Source: Anolis carolinensis (lineage: Eukaryota). From it: DNA of 64,000 nt. The stretch spans positions 130,957,036 through 131,021,035 of the forward strand of contig NC_085842.1 of the NCBI RefSeq assembly GCF_035594765.1, written 5' to 3'. Shown piece after piece: positions 25,201 through 55,094 of this stretch. The notes beneath the pieces are model-generated. The model ran no database searches. It was not told where the DNA came from and saw nothing but the letters and a program-made list of their open reading frames with translations. How positions within the stretch are numbered: the stretch's first letter is position 1; every line of letters begins with the position of its first letter. The position numbers and the translations under genes are program-made.

Positions 25201-26672
25201 ACCTAACATCAAACTTGAAAGACTTGATATGAAACCATGAAATTATAACTATTTAATAGTTACGTAGATTTCAGATGCCACAAAGAAAGCACACATGCAA
25301 GAATGGCACAAGTGTGAGTGGATGACGGAGTCACTGCATATGGGTGAAAACTTTGGGTTATGGTTAAAATGTGACATGTCTCAGCAATAACAAATATGCC
25401 ATGACTTCAAGAAATCTGGCAGGCGGCTCACCTGCTCTGAGACGTAGTTCACCATCTTCCCAGTCTGTGAATATAAATGTCTGTGGGAAGCACAAAAAAA
25501 CAAAGAAATGCCTCTTGAAATTTTGAAAATGGTACTAATACTGGTTTTGGTCAGAACAACCTTAAAAGTAAGATGTCCTTTCACTGTGTGCAGATTTAAT
25601 CAGCAGACTTTATTATTTGGTAAGATAAAGCTAAGTACATCATCCAATTTTGTAAATTCCACACACCCCAACCAAGCAAAAACTCCTCCTAAAATAAAAA
25701 CTGATAGACTTCATATCCCTTTCTTCTACCATCAAAAAACACTTAACAGATCTTTCAAATGAGAGAAACTCCTGGCTCTGTCAGAATGTCTCCTCATATA
25801 GATGAGATAGTGATATATGTAGATAAACGGGTACTCCCTGCTCACATACAATGAATAGAGAGAGAGAGCAAGTCTCTTAATACTTAACTGATGAGGGGTG
25901 GTGCAGCTTAAATGGCCGAACAACCTACCTTCACATTTTCTTTGCTTGAAACAGTTTGCTCTGGAGAGCTTAGCTTATTAAAACTCTGCCTAACATAATC
26001 ATGGGACCAGAAGAAGGGAAGCACAAAAATATCTTACACATCTCCAGGAAAAAAGAGATATTAACATTTGGGTGTGATAGTGATGCATGAAAAGGCACCC
26101 TGGTAGCAAGCTAAAAAATAATTTTACTGATAAACAAGTTTATACTTTAGTTTTCTGGGAAAGTGTATTCTTACCAGTTCCTTGGCCTGAGAAATCCAGG
26201 TTTGGAAGAGCAAGTTTAGTCTTGTTTTGTGATATTTCCTTGTTGTTTTCACAGCAATGAAGACATCGTTCTGTTCAAGCTTTTCCTTAGCAGTAACTCT
26301 GGTAGGCTCTATGTGGTCTTCCATCATGCTATTGAATTGATTAATTGGACTTCCATTCATCTTATCATTAGCTTTTAGTTTGGATCTCCGAGTATCTATG
26401 ACATAATTATTCCACTGTTTTACTAGGTCCTCTTTCATCAAGGGCACAATATTATTAGTCTCATCATCCAAACGATCAGTTGAGCTGGATTCCACTTGAA
26501 GTAGGGTATCATTTTTGCTGGAAACATTCAAAAGAAGTGGTAGACGTGGTTGTGGATAACTTCTGGATCTCCAACTGGCCTGAAATCTGGGAATTAGCAA
26601 GAGGAGAACTACACAGACAATAACAGAGAGCAGGAAACAGATCTTACTGAGCCTAATGCAAGAAAAGCTCAT
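22289..26672 (-). CDS. RFNG: Radical fringe O-fucosylpeptide beta-1,3-N-acetylglucosaminyltransferase, 8 coding exons, 402 aa
   Basis: Exons 26672-26175, 25480-25432, 25026-24924, 24591-24438, 23581-23496, 23404-23239, 22639-22554, 22355-22289 sum to 1209 nt. N-terminal signal-anchor, then [26 protein letters not shown] (DxD), [35 protein letters not shown]. Synteny with DCXR and GPS1 supports RFNG over LFNG/MFNG. Confidence 0.95.
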
Positions 26673-27204
26673 TCTTCAGCCCCAAGGGCCTTTGCCATAC
26701 TGGAAAGCTGGAACATTGTTTCTGAGAGATGCTGCTGCGGCCTTTGATGTGAATCCATGAATCTGTCCATCACATACTAGGAATGTACCAGTTACATAGC
26801 ATCATTTTTATAGCACTAAGACAACACAGAAATTGATTTTTTTTCCAATTTCTGACCTCTGGAATGGTCATCCTAAAAGCAGAACACAGGAATTGTCTTA
26901 TGTTTTGGCTGAATCCCTAAGCCACTGTATACCTTGAGTTGTTTAAATAAGAGTCTAATATGGCACATTAGCTAATAAGCTGAACATTTAGGGGTCATAA
27001 GCAAAAATCAAGTTCTTGTGAGATCAGTAAAGAGACCAGTCTATGTGCACACACACAGTCTATGTGCAAAGTCCGATCACAGATATATCTGATCCAGTAT
27101 TATTTAACTGGCAGTTAATCTCCAGCATCTCAGGCATAGGCACCCACTGATTCCCTGGCTGGTACTATAACTAGAAAGTTCTGCATGTAAAAAGTTCTGT
27201 ATAC

Positions 27205-27340
27205 TGGAGTCTCCTCTGGAGGTTTTTAAGCAGGGGCTGGATGGCCATCTGTTGGGAGTGCTTTGATGGCGTATTCTTGCATGGCAAAATATAGTTGGAC
27301 TGGATGGCCCTTCTGGTTTCTTCCAACAGTATGATTTCAT
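27205..27340 (+). mobile_element. CR1 LINE 3' end fragment
   Basis: ggaggtttttaagcaggggctggatggccatctg...ttggactggatggccc...ccaacagtatgatt resembles a CR1 3' UTR. Same family as 56050-56395. Confidence 0.6.
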
Positions 27341-29341
27341 GAAAGCCTGGCTCTGTTAGTAAGATGCTGCCATTTCTTGCCAACATGTCGTATCAGCAAT
27401 GCATCTGCATTCATCTTCAGTTGGTATAGGACAAATAATCACAAAAATATAAAAGTTTTGCTGAAAACTAAACAAAACAAAAACAAACCCATAAGTTTAG
27501 ACATTGTCATAGCATCATAGAATTTAACACTCTGCAGTTGGGTACATACAGAAACATTTTTAAAAAAACTTATACACACATATAGTATAAAATATCCTGC
27601 TTTTCTCCCCAGAGTGGGACCCAATATAGTTCTCATATATGGTCAATTTAATTTTTTAATAATAAATCTATATAAAACAGAAAATAAGGGTTTTTTTTTA
27701 AAAAAAAATAAACATCTGAAAGGAAGATCCCCTACTCACATGTTATAAGTCTGATCAAACCAAATGGACTTTGCTTGCTGGTGAAAGAAAAACAGAGAGA
27801 GGGCCAGCCTAGCTTTCCATGGAAGGGTCTTCCAGGGGCAGTGGAGCAGGCAATGAAAAGGCCATCTCTCATGGGATAGCGGAGGGACCTAAGATTTTCC
27901 TCTGTATATCTGTATGTAAGCTTATATGACTATAGTAGGCTTGTATGACAGAAAAGAAAATATAATCAAACAAAATTCACTTATACAAACCCAAGATGCA
28001 CTGCAAGTTTCTATCATAGGAGACCTATTTAAATATCACAATTGTCTATATTCCACAAGATGGTTATTCTGTATAATTTAAAGCATATTATATGTAGTAT
28101 ATTTAATGCCATGTCACAAAAAGAAAATGAATGAGTCTTAGCTATGCTTTTTCATATAATTTTCATTTTCCTCAACTTAAATAGATAAAAGATTGCCAAG
28201 AAAAGTTTCATTCAACTAAAACTTCCTTTTTTCAGTTGACCATGTTCTGAATGTTTTTGTTATAGGCCAGTTCTACACAGAACGGTATGTGTGTGAAAGT
28301 GCCTTGAAGTTGCTTGCTGATTTATGGCAACCCCATGAATTTCATAGGGTTTACTCAGGCAAGCCTAATTTCCTCCCTCTGATAATCTACCTATAACAAG
28401 TGGAATTAATTGGTGCTCCCCTATCCAAGTACTAATCAGGACTGACTCTGCTGAGCTTCCAAGATCAGGTAGGATCTGGTATCTTCAGGGTACTTGGGTC
28501 CAATGTGCAAGCACATTTATATCCACTGATTTCACTGGGTTGAAGCTTACCTTTGAGTTTGCCCTAAGCTCCCCTGAAAAATGTCAAAAGTAACATAGGT
28601 ATGCAACATTAATTAAAACACTAAAACTCAACACAAAGTGCTCAATGCACATTCAACCAACGCAAGGAAGGGAAACCTCAAAGGAAAGGATCACAAAGTG
28701 GTCCTGTGCGAGTTTATTCAGAAGTAAATTCAATTTATTCCCAATTGCTGTGCAATAAAAGTCTGTGGACGAATTCTAACCCGGGTGTGAGTTCACATTT
28801 CAGCCGAACAGCCGACACTGTTCTTTTTCTGCGTGGTTCGCCAGCAAAGGCCGCCCTGGGCCTAGGCGACCGGAATCTGATGCCCGAAAGCCCGCTTTGG
28901 GGTGCCCATGCTGGTTGCCATGGGAACAGCTGCTCTCTTCGCCGCCCCCCCCCCCCAGCTGGCTCCCATGGCAACAAAGGAAGACACCGACCTCGGCATC
29001 CCACCTTGCTCCTTCCCCCGGTCGTCGGCGGAACGCGCAGAAATCCCGGCCTCCCCCACCCGCCCCCTGCCTGCGGGCAGCATCGCCAGAGCAGTCTTTG
29101 CGAGGTGGAGGAAGCCCGGAGCCACCGCCTCGCCGTTCTCGCTCACCACAACGACGGCTCCCCTCAAGATACGGAGCCACCTGTAGCCGGGAACGCTAGA
29201 TAGGATTGTACCAGAAAAGGGTGCCGCGGCCCCTTTAAAGCTTTCACCTGCGGAGCGGATGTGATCCAGCTACGGAGGGTGACCCGGAAGTGGAAAGGGG
29301 CAAGCGGGCTGGGCCCGGAAGTGCTTGGCGCGAGGGTCAAT

Positions 29342-46642
<17,301 letters not shown>

Positions 46643-48029
46643 AGCTCTCTGAATCATCAAAAGACTCTTCCCCCTTCCCACCCAGGGCTGTGTGTGAACA
46701 CCTTGTCTGCACCACCAATCCTCCCTTGGTGCCTTTTCAGACTCTCTAGGTGTGGGAGGGGCAGGACTGTTGGGGACATGCCTTTAGAGTCTGAGAAACT
46801 CCTCTAGAACAGAAACCTCCATTAGATGCAGCATTTTCAAGAACCTGCAAGCGTGTCAGGACTGGGGTGTGTTTTGTCCAGGGTGTTTCCCAAACAGACC
46901 TTTCACTTGGCTTCCTTGAGCTGCCAGCAGAGCTTTCTAGTTTCCATTCAGTAAATTATATAGCATGAATCTGGAGGGACAAGTGTGTGTCTATACAACT
47001 TCTTATTCAGATAGACACAGTATCCCAGACCCTCCAAAACCCTCTCGAGCAACACCAATAGGCAACCTGGCAGAATTACTGTTCACTTAGTACAAGCTCT
47101 GTGTTTGCATTTACCCTGAATCAGGCCAACTTCAGACTGTTCTTTCCATTTTTAGAATCCAGATTCTGCCTTGTTCTCACAGCCTTCCTTGTCCAGATTT
47201 CGGCTAGTTTTGATCTTCCTTATTCAGATTTACTAGCTTATTTGTGCACCAACAGAGGGAGTGAAATGGCAGGGAAGGGCCTTCACTTGTATCTGGGCAG
47301 AACCTCACCTGGCTCTCTGAACTCCTGGAACCACTTATTTATCCTTTGCAAAAACAAGGGGGAGGGGGGAGTTGTGGTAGTGACCCCAGGCCAGGCTCTA
47401 ATTGTGTTTTGTTAACAAGCATAGTTTACATATTTGAGTATGCCACAATTCCTTTTGTTTAGGATTTATTCATTGGGGATTCATCCCAGGGACAAGTTAC
47501 AAATTTGAACCTAGCCCTTGACAACTCAATAGATTTTCTTCAGACACTGTTAATGCTATTTAGTTTAAAACAAAGTTTTCTCCTATGCATTAAAAAGCAT
47601 AATTGTAAAGATGACTGCAGATCTGAGCACTAATTCTTTCTCTCCTCATGGACATACCTCCTAAAATTAGAAACAAGACAACCTTTTAGCATAGATGTTT
47701 GAGGAAATGACAGATATGTGAAGATGCAGTCTTTACAAGTGGTACTGAATATATGTTTACCTTAATTAAAAGCAAACCCTGAAAGTCCACTTGGGCAGTT
47801 GAAAGGGTAAGCAGTTCTTTTAGAAAAGTGCATTTTTAAAAAGATGGAAGAAAGTTTATGACACCGTTTTGTGTATATTGTTTAGTTTCCATTTTTCAAT
47901 GAAAACTGGAATTATTAGAATCGATACCATGTAATAGACATCAGGCAATTTAGAATACACTGGCTGAACTGTGGAGAAATAGACTGCTGGTTAGAGGAAT
48001 TCTAGGCAACAAGGATGGAGGAGGAGAAT

Positions 48030-49345
48030 GGTTTGCTTACCTCTATCCATGTTTCTTCGAGTGGTTATCTGAAATTCACACATATGGATCTTCTTGCGTA
48101 TGTACAAACAGTTTCAGAACTTCCATTGGAAATGGAAACATTTTGGTGGTACCCCCGTCCACTCCCCCATGTAGTATAAAGCCAGTGGGAGGGACAAATG
48201 CCTCTGTTTCTTAGCCACAATAAAGGCCATGGATACCTAGGCATGATAACTGTGGGGAAAGTGGGCAGGGATATGCGAATTTCACAGATGACCACTCGAA
48301 TAAACATAGTTACAGGTAAGCAACCTGCTCTTCTTCGTGGTTTTTGTGAAATGTGCATATATGGGTGATTAGCAAGCTACCAACCTGGCAGTGGGATCAT
48401 GCCACATAGGAAAACAGGACAGCTCTGCCAAAGGCTGCATCTTGATGGGATGTGACATTGAGCTTGTAGTGGGAAACAGGTCAATGAAGGATGACCTTAT
48501 CTTTATGAAACTGAAGGTAAGGTTTGCCTGTAGGGCATATAGTTCACTAGCATGATGGGCCAAGGTGAGTTCTACGGGGAATCTATTGAGGCCAATCTAT
48601 TGAGATCTATTGAAGCCAATGGATTAAAGGGCGGACAAGAAAGCTGGGCCAGAACGAGCTTGAGGCTCCATGCTGAGGCCAGAAAAGTCACTGGTAGATC
48701 GACATTCTTGAGGCCTTTGAGGAAGCGTTTTACCAATGGGTTGGCAAAGTAAGATGAGTCCCCCTTATTTCCTGTACCAGGAAATGGCTGCCAGTTTACA
48801 TTTCAGTGATGTCTTGCCAAGGTCCTGTTTGGAGAGGTAGACCAGGAAGTCTAAAACTGCAGAGGTTGGAGCTGAGGTGGGGTTTGCATGGGATGGGCAC
48901 AGAAAGTATGTGTATGCTCATTTGGTGGATGCCTTTTGGGTGGTGTCTAGGATAGCCCGCACTGTGGCTGAGATTACAGGTGAGTGTATCCTCCAAGCTG
49001 TGAGGCAGAGAAAGCAGATGTCTGGGTGTCGAATTTGGCCATCCTGAAGGGTGACGAGGTCTGACCTCTGCCAAAGATGCTGGCAGTTGTGTTCCGACGC
49101 ATTGAGCAGTGATAACCAGGGTTGGTGCAGCTACCAGGGGCTATGAAGATGTAGTTCGCCCCTTCTTTTAGGATTTTCACCAAGGATCGGGTGATCAAGG
49201 GAATCGGAGGAAATGTGTACAGGAGGCCCTCCAACCATGTGATAAGGAACATGTCCCCGAGGCAGCTGGGAGACACTCCGGGCCGAAGGCACGTACAGAA
49301 TTTGGGACACTGAGCATTTAGGGGAGGTGCTAAGAGATGCACGTA
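48030..49345 (-). mobile_element. Decayed DIRS-type tyrosine-recombinase retrotransposon
   Basis: Inverted terminal/ICR-like repeats at 48030-48078 and 48277-48325. Minus-strand peptides FANPLVKRFLKGLKNVDLPVTFLASAWSLKLVLAQLSCPPFNPL (YR N-terminal region) and LYTFPPIPLITRSLVKI...YIFIAP (DIRS methyltransferase-like domain). Confidence 0.7.
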
Positions 49346-49359
49346 TATTGGAGTTCTAG

Positions 49360-50135
49360 AACATGTTGTGACCTTGGTTTTGGCTTTCAGTCTGCTGAGG
49401 TTAAATAACTTGCCATCTGTCTGAGAGATGATTTCCATGCCAGTGGTAAGCTTCCCATCAACAAGATGCAGTATCATAGTGATGAAGATGGAAAATAAGG
49501 TTGGGGCAATAACACATCCCTGTTTGACACCTGATTCACCTAAATGGGTCACTGGAGGCCATTGCTGTCCAAGACTGTTGCCATAATACTACTACTACTA
49601 CTAATATTAATAAAACTTTATTTATATTCCGCTCTCTGTGGGGACTCAGAGCAGATTACAGATTAACAACACAGACAAACAGTACAGAGGCAAGGCTTCC
49701 GTCTTTTTCAGCCTCCGGCATTTGGAGGCTGTGCCTGACTCAGCCATGGGGAGATGATGTTCCATTTTTCCATGCTGAGGAGCCTGTTGTCCATGGATGC
49801 CTTCCTGATTGAATTGCTGGCATGTCTTCATGGGTGCCTTGTACCTCCCCACCAAAGCGGTACTATTTACTCACATTGCTGTTTTTGAACTGCTGGGTAA
49901 GCTGAAGTTGGGACTGACAGTGGGAGCTCACTTCGACCCGTGGTTTGAACTGCTGACCTTTCAGTCGGCAAGATTTTCTGTAGCTGACATTTTAACCCGC
50001 TGTTCCCCATCATGTCATCATGGAACCACAGGATGTCCACGAATTTGTCAGGGCCTTAAATTTTTTGGAGTATGGTCCAGAGAGCACTGCGATTGACTGT
50101 GTCAAATGCCTTTGCAAGGTCAATAAGTGCCATGT
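49360..50135 (-). mobile_element. RTE/Bov-B-like LINE reverse transcriptase fragment with a nested SINE (about 49583-50005)
   Basis: Peptide SGVKQGCVIAPTLFSIF...DGKLFNLSRLKAKTKV. The upstream RT segment (ALIDLAKAFDTV-like) resumes at about 50010-50135 after the SINE. Confidence 0.75.
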
Positions 50136-50501
50136 ACAGATGTTGATTCTGTTTCCTTCCTTCTAAGCACCAAGCTCTGAAGGTGGATGGCTTTTGACTG
50201 GAGGTGTTCATGTTCTAGCTAATAACCATCAACCAGCTCTTTCAATAAACATTCTATCTTTTTAACTCATATAAATATTTTAATAGACTATATTTTAACC
50301 ATTTCCTCCTTTCACAGACATCATTATTATCCCCTTCCCTCCCAACCTTGTGGCACAGTATGGTGATGTGAATCTGGGTGTGCCTGGTTTGCATCAAGCA
50401 CTGCAATGACATCTTGGCACCCCTTCTACATTTTTAAGTTCTTTAAGACTAGCTGACAATATTTTTTCTTTTCTTACAAGATGTTGCAAAGTTCTCAATT
50501 A

Positions 50502-50801
50502 CACTATGTAACACGATTTTTGTTCCTGGGTTACAAATGTCATTTCCTAACTGGTTTTATCATAAAAACATGGAAAAGGTTTATTAAACTGCAACAACTT
50601 TGTGCGGGACATCCTGCAGCACATTTTTCTATAGTTTTTCAATGAATATCTCATAGAATCTCAACCAATTCAACATAGTTTGTGGCAGACACAAAAAACG
50701 AGTATAAGAACTACTTTCAAAGTTAGTGCCTCAGAATTAAACAGGAGATAACATTTTCAAGCCAGGAACAGATTTTTTCCCCCAAATTTCGTTACATAGT
50801 G
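50502..50801. mobile_element. Chapaev3-like non-autonomous DNA transposon
   Basis: TIRs cactatgtaac / gttacatagtg (CAC...GTG termini) flanked by a 3-bp TTA duplication. Confidence 0.55.
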
Positions 50802-51721
50802 TTATGTTTTGCAAAATGAAATACCATGGGGATTTTAAAAAATAAAAATCTTACCATGGTCTTAGGAACTGAATCACACATTGCATAGTTTCATGCAAAC
50901 AGAGTAAGTTAGGACAGCTAATGTTATGAACCTTCATATTATAAATGGTGGTTACACTTGAGTGTCCTAACCTTGGGGATACTGCTAAGTCAATATTTTC
51001 AAAACCTCATTAGAAAAGTCCATTTGCACTATGACAGCAAACCTAACACATTATCTGTGTGAAAGTAGCGAAATCATGCAAGTTCGGCTTCTTTTTAAAA
51101 GAACCGAACTCTCCAAACATGTTTAATATCTTCGAAGATAGTTTCTCTGCATGAAGTAAGCCCTCCATATTGGTCCTGATTGATGCCTTCACTACCCTTG
51201 AAAGAACTACAACAAAAGGTTTTTGGTTCAAAACTGACATAAATACAAAAGCCAATTTAAAATTGTGGTTGTACCTGCAGGATGTCGACAGAAGTCAACA
51301 TACCTTGGGTTTCTTACATATGATAATATGGAGTTTAAATTGCTTTGTTGAGATAGTCATCATACATAGCAAAGGGAAATCCCGTATGTACTCCTCCCAC
51401 ATTTACTAACCAAGGTCAAGTGGATAAACACACTAAAATCATATACTTATTTTGGAAATTCTATATTAAACACTGTGACCTTCTACCTTATCACTTCCTG
51501 AAAAAAAGAATAAACATTTCTTAGAAATCCGTAACGTCAATGGATTATAATTAATGGGATTTTAAAAGGTTGATTGCAACATGTTAAAATTATCCTATGC
51601 TCCACTGCTTAGAAGGCTTAAGGGCAAAAATAATGTCTGAGACTATCATAATAACAATCTTCTGAAGAACAAGCATGTTGCTGTAAATATTTTCACACAT
51701 GCAAAATGTGAAATAAAGCCT

Positions 51722-51996
51722 TTTTTTGTGTCAGGAGCAACTTGAGAAACTGCAAGTCGCTTCTGGTGTGAGAGAATTGGCCGTCTGCAAGGACGTTGCT
51801 CAGGGGACGCCTGGATGTTTTGATGTTTTTACCATCCTTGTGGGGGGCTTCTCCCATGTCCCCGCATGAAGCTGGAGCTGATAGAAGGAGCTCATCCGCA
51901 CTCTCCCTGGGTTGGATTCGAACCTGGCAGCCTTCAGATCAGCAACCCAACCTTCAAGTCACAAGGCTTTAACCCACTACGCCATCGGGGGCTCCT
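51722..51996 (-). mobile_element. tRNA-derived SINE
   Basis: Head ggagcccccgatggcgtagtgggttaaagc and B-box ggttcgaatcc. TSD ataaagcct at 51713-51721 and 51997-52005. Confidence 0.75.
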
Positions 51997-53145
51997 ATAA
52001 AGCCTGTTAATCTTAGATTTGTTCTACAGGTGTTGGATAAGCATAACTGAAATCTCTCCAGGTGGAGTGCTACCTTGTGATACAAGTAATCTTTTTAGTT
52101 GGCAGTAGGTGTATTGTTTCCTTCCCACTGTCTATTTCAAAACGTTAGAAGTTTTAAAAGAATCTGGAAATTAATTTTCCTATTACCAATCTGAAATCTT
52201 TGAATATGTCATCTTTAAGGGATTTAAGCTCATCAATCGAATTCCTCCCTCACTTCAAGTCCGTCCGAAGGATAGCTCAGCTACAGCGAGAAGCAGAAGC
52301 ACAGTGAAATTTCAGCATTGAGGAAGGAAGTTATTTCTATCCTTGCATACTAAAGTTGTGTGAGGTAGTGTGCGGAGGGGGAGACAGAATCACAAAGCAG
52401 CCTAAGTGGATGTTATCAACCTGGAAAAATTTAAAACTGGTTCAGGGAACCTTTGGCCCCAGGGTGCTCCACCCTACAACTCCTTGCAGCCACACCTACA
52501 TAGCACAGCTCAGGGTAAGGGATTGTGTGAGTTGTACTCCTATACCTCTGGAAGGCAACTTGAAGCTAACCTCAAATCAAAGCCTAGGCCAAGATTTTAA
52601 AACATGACAAACAAAAAACAGATCCCTGCTTTTCAACATTTATCCTCCCAAAGCGTAACAATACAATCTTACATCTGGGATCTCTCATTTATCTACATCT
52701 TCTGTAAATTAACCTCAGATTAAAAACATGCCCTTAAAATAATAGGTTGTTCCATTCATGTTTGCTGTGCTAACAATTACTACCACTATAGAGAATAGCC
52801 AGCACAACAACAGGTCAGTTTTTCTGATTAATATGACGCTTTAAGGTAAGATATAAAACATAATCCCATCAGCTGTCAAGCCTATGTGAATTGCATTACT
52901 ACGAACAGTAGAATTAAACATGAATGGGACCTGGAATCACAGAATCATAGTTAGAAGAGACCACATGGGCCATTTAGTTCAACCCCCTGCCATGCAAGAA
53001 AAGCACAAAGTACTGAAAGTGACTGGTTTTATACAGTATTTTTCCTAAAACATATTTTGCACATCTTCTACAGCACCATTTCTCCATCTGAAGAACCTTT
53101 CAAAACTGATTTTTCTTTGTCATTATTTTAAAACACAATGGGCAT

Positions 53146-53261
53146 CTTCTTCAGCATTTGTCCTGCTTGATGGCGGGGGCCGCTTTACTGGTTTGTCGGC
53201 GCCATTTCACCCGGTCATGAGCCTGATCAGGGCGTATGCCAGCAGTCTGCAGATCGTCGTA
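53146..53261 (-). mobile_element. 5'-truncated RTE-clade LINE 3' end
   Basis: Peptide DDLQTAGIRPDQAHDRVKWRRQTSKAAPAIKQDKC* followed by a gaagaaga tail. 18-bp TSD with 2 mismatches at 53128-53145 and 53262-53279. Confidence 0.65.
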
Positions 53262-55094
53262 TTAAAATACAATGAGCATACTCCTGAATAAACATGTATC
53301 ACATGAGTGAGACATTTTAAAGAGCCTCGTTTCAACTGAAACCTATCAATGTCTCCACTTCAGTAGCAGGTGTGGCGAACACCAAAACAGTTGAATTACA
53401 GATGTACATGATCAACATGATTAAAAATTGCATCCAGCCATTGTTCTTCCCCCAACTTACGTAATGATTTAACACTCTGCTTTGTCATTGGAGAACAGGC
53501 CAAGACAGTAAATAAGGTTGCTTACTTTCAAAGCAGGAATCCTTCAGCATCTTTGAGAGTGAGAGAAAGAACCCAGTCTGTTTCATGAGATGCATGTGAT
53601 GCAATCCACAAAAGTTAATTTTACACATTTCTTTCAGTCTCAAAAAGGATGCTGGAGGTTGCTTTATATCTTTTTATACTCATACAGTTTACCTCCAAGC
53701 AGAGTGAAGGGCACAACAGAAGAGAATGAGGTAGCAAAGGCTGTGTTTGGTCCACAGCCTGGAGGATCTCCTTTTCTGTATAGAAAGGGGTTGCACATCT
53801 GCAGTTCTCTCAACATACTTATGAAAACATAAGCAGCGTAAGACCTTTTTGGATATCTGGTTTAGAACTGAACTATTTATCTCAGGAAAATACACTAAAA
53901 AGAATTAATCAGTTAAAATCAATTGAAGACTTTATAGCACAAAGCTGCTATTCCACGGCAGTTGTATGATCACTGGCACCAGATACATACCGGCATGAGT
54001 ACCCTTGTTATCACACCTGTCTCCATTTGTGGAATTGAGCTAGTTTGTAAATGCTTGGTCCCATAACCGCACCTCCACATAGCCTCATAACATTTCTGCT
54101 GCTCTGTCATTTTTAAATTATTTTTTAAACAAGTTCCAGCAATGGTTAATTTTTTAAAATGCAAATATTATTAAAAATTATAAAATAAAGAGCTCAAGAA
54201 AGCAAGGGGCAAGGTAGTAGAGGGGAATCCCACCTCATGACACCACAGAAGTGGAATGGACCCATCCCTCAAGGAAGATGACAGGAAAGTGGTAGGATTG
54301 GCAGCTCCTGACAGGTTCTGCAGGGAACGGGTCAGACGCGGCAAGGAGGCAGGCCAACACTTCTGCATCAAGGCCGGTTTGCCTCCCTAAATTGGAGAAT
54401 TTCTAACACAGTTTTTTCAACTAAAGTGACTAAATTGTATTTTCACTTAATTCATGACTATGTTATTAATTACACAGTGCTAAAAAGCTAACAATTTCAC
54501 ATTTTCCAGTTATGCTTTGCCTAATTCTGTAGGTTTTTTGCTCAATTATTTCTTGCTTTCTGTTAGTTCCTCAGGGTTGGGGAATTACAATTGTTTATGT
54601 CAGAAAAATCACATGACTTATTTTTGTTCATGATTAGAGCATGACTGTTTACTCTGAGCAGCGATCATCCAGCCTGCTCTGGAATGCTGACCTCAACTGA
54701 ACTCCTCACTTGTGTTGCCCTACATCTTGAATGCTCCCTTTATTATATTCCAAAAACCCCTGTTCTTATATAAAAGAATCATCAATTTTAAACCACACAC
54801 AAAATTTTAAACAGGCAGGTGCTATCTTTAATTTGTCCCCATTGCAGCATATTGAGGCTGATGTTTCTTGCTCAGTCTTTTGACATCTTTTAAACACATT
54901 GTGAAAAAGCTTTCTTTGCATCCTTTTTTATTTCCACTACAGGACATTTCCCTGAGAAAAGAAATTTTTCCTTAATAAAACCTCTCACATTTGATCTGTG
55001 GCGTCACGTTCTTGTGTTCTGGAAGCAGGGATTTCTTTGGCCCAGAAGGGGAGACGGAAGCCAGTTCGCAAATCCAGGAGGATGTACCAAGGCC

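Noticed and set aside
48974-49552. 192-aa ORF as a novel RT-methyltransferase fusion gene
   Set aside because: Chance in-frame junction of two decayed TE fragments; both domains are truncated.
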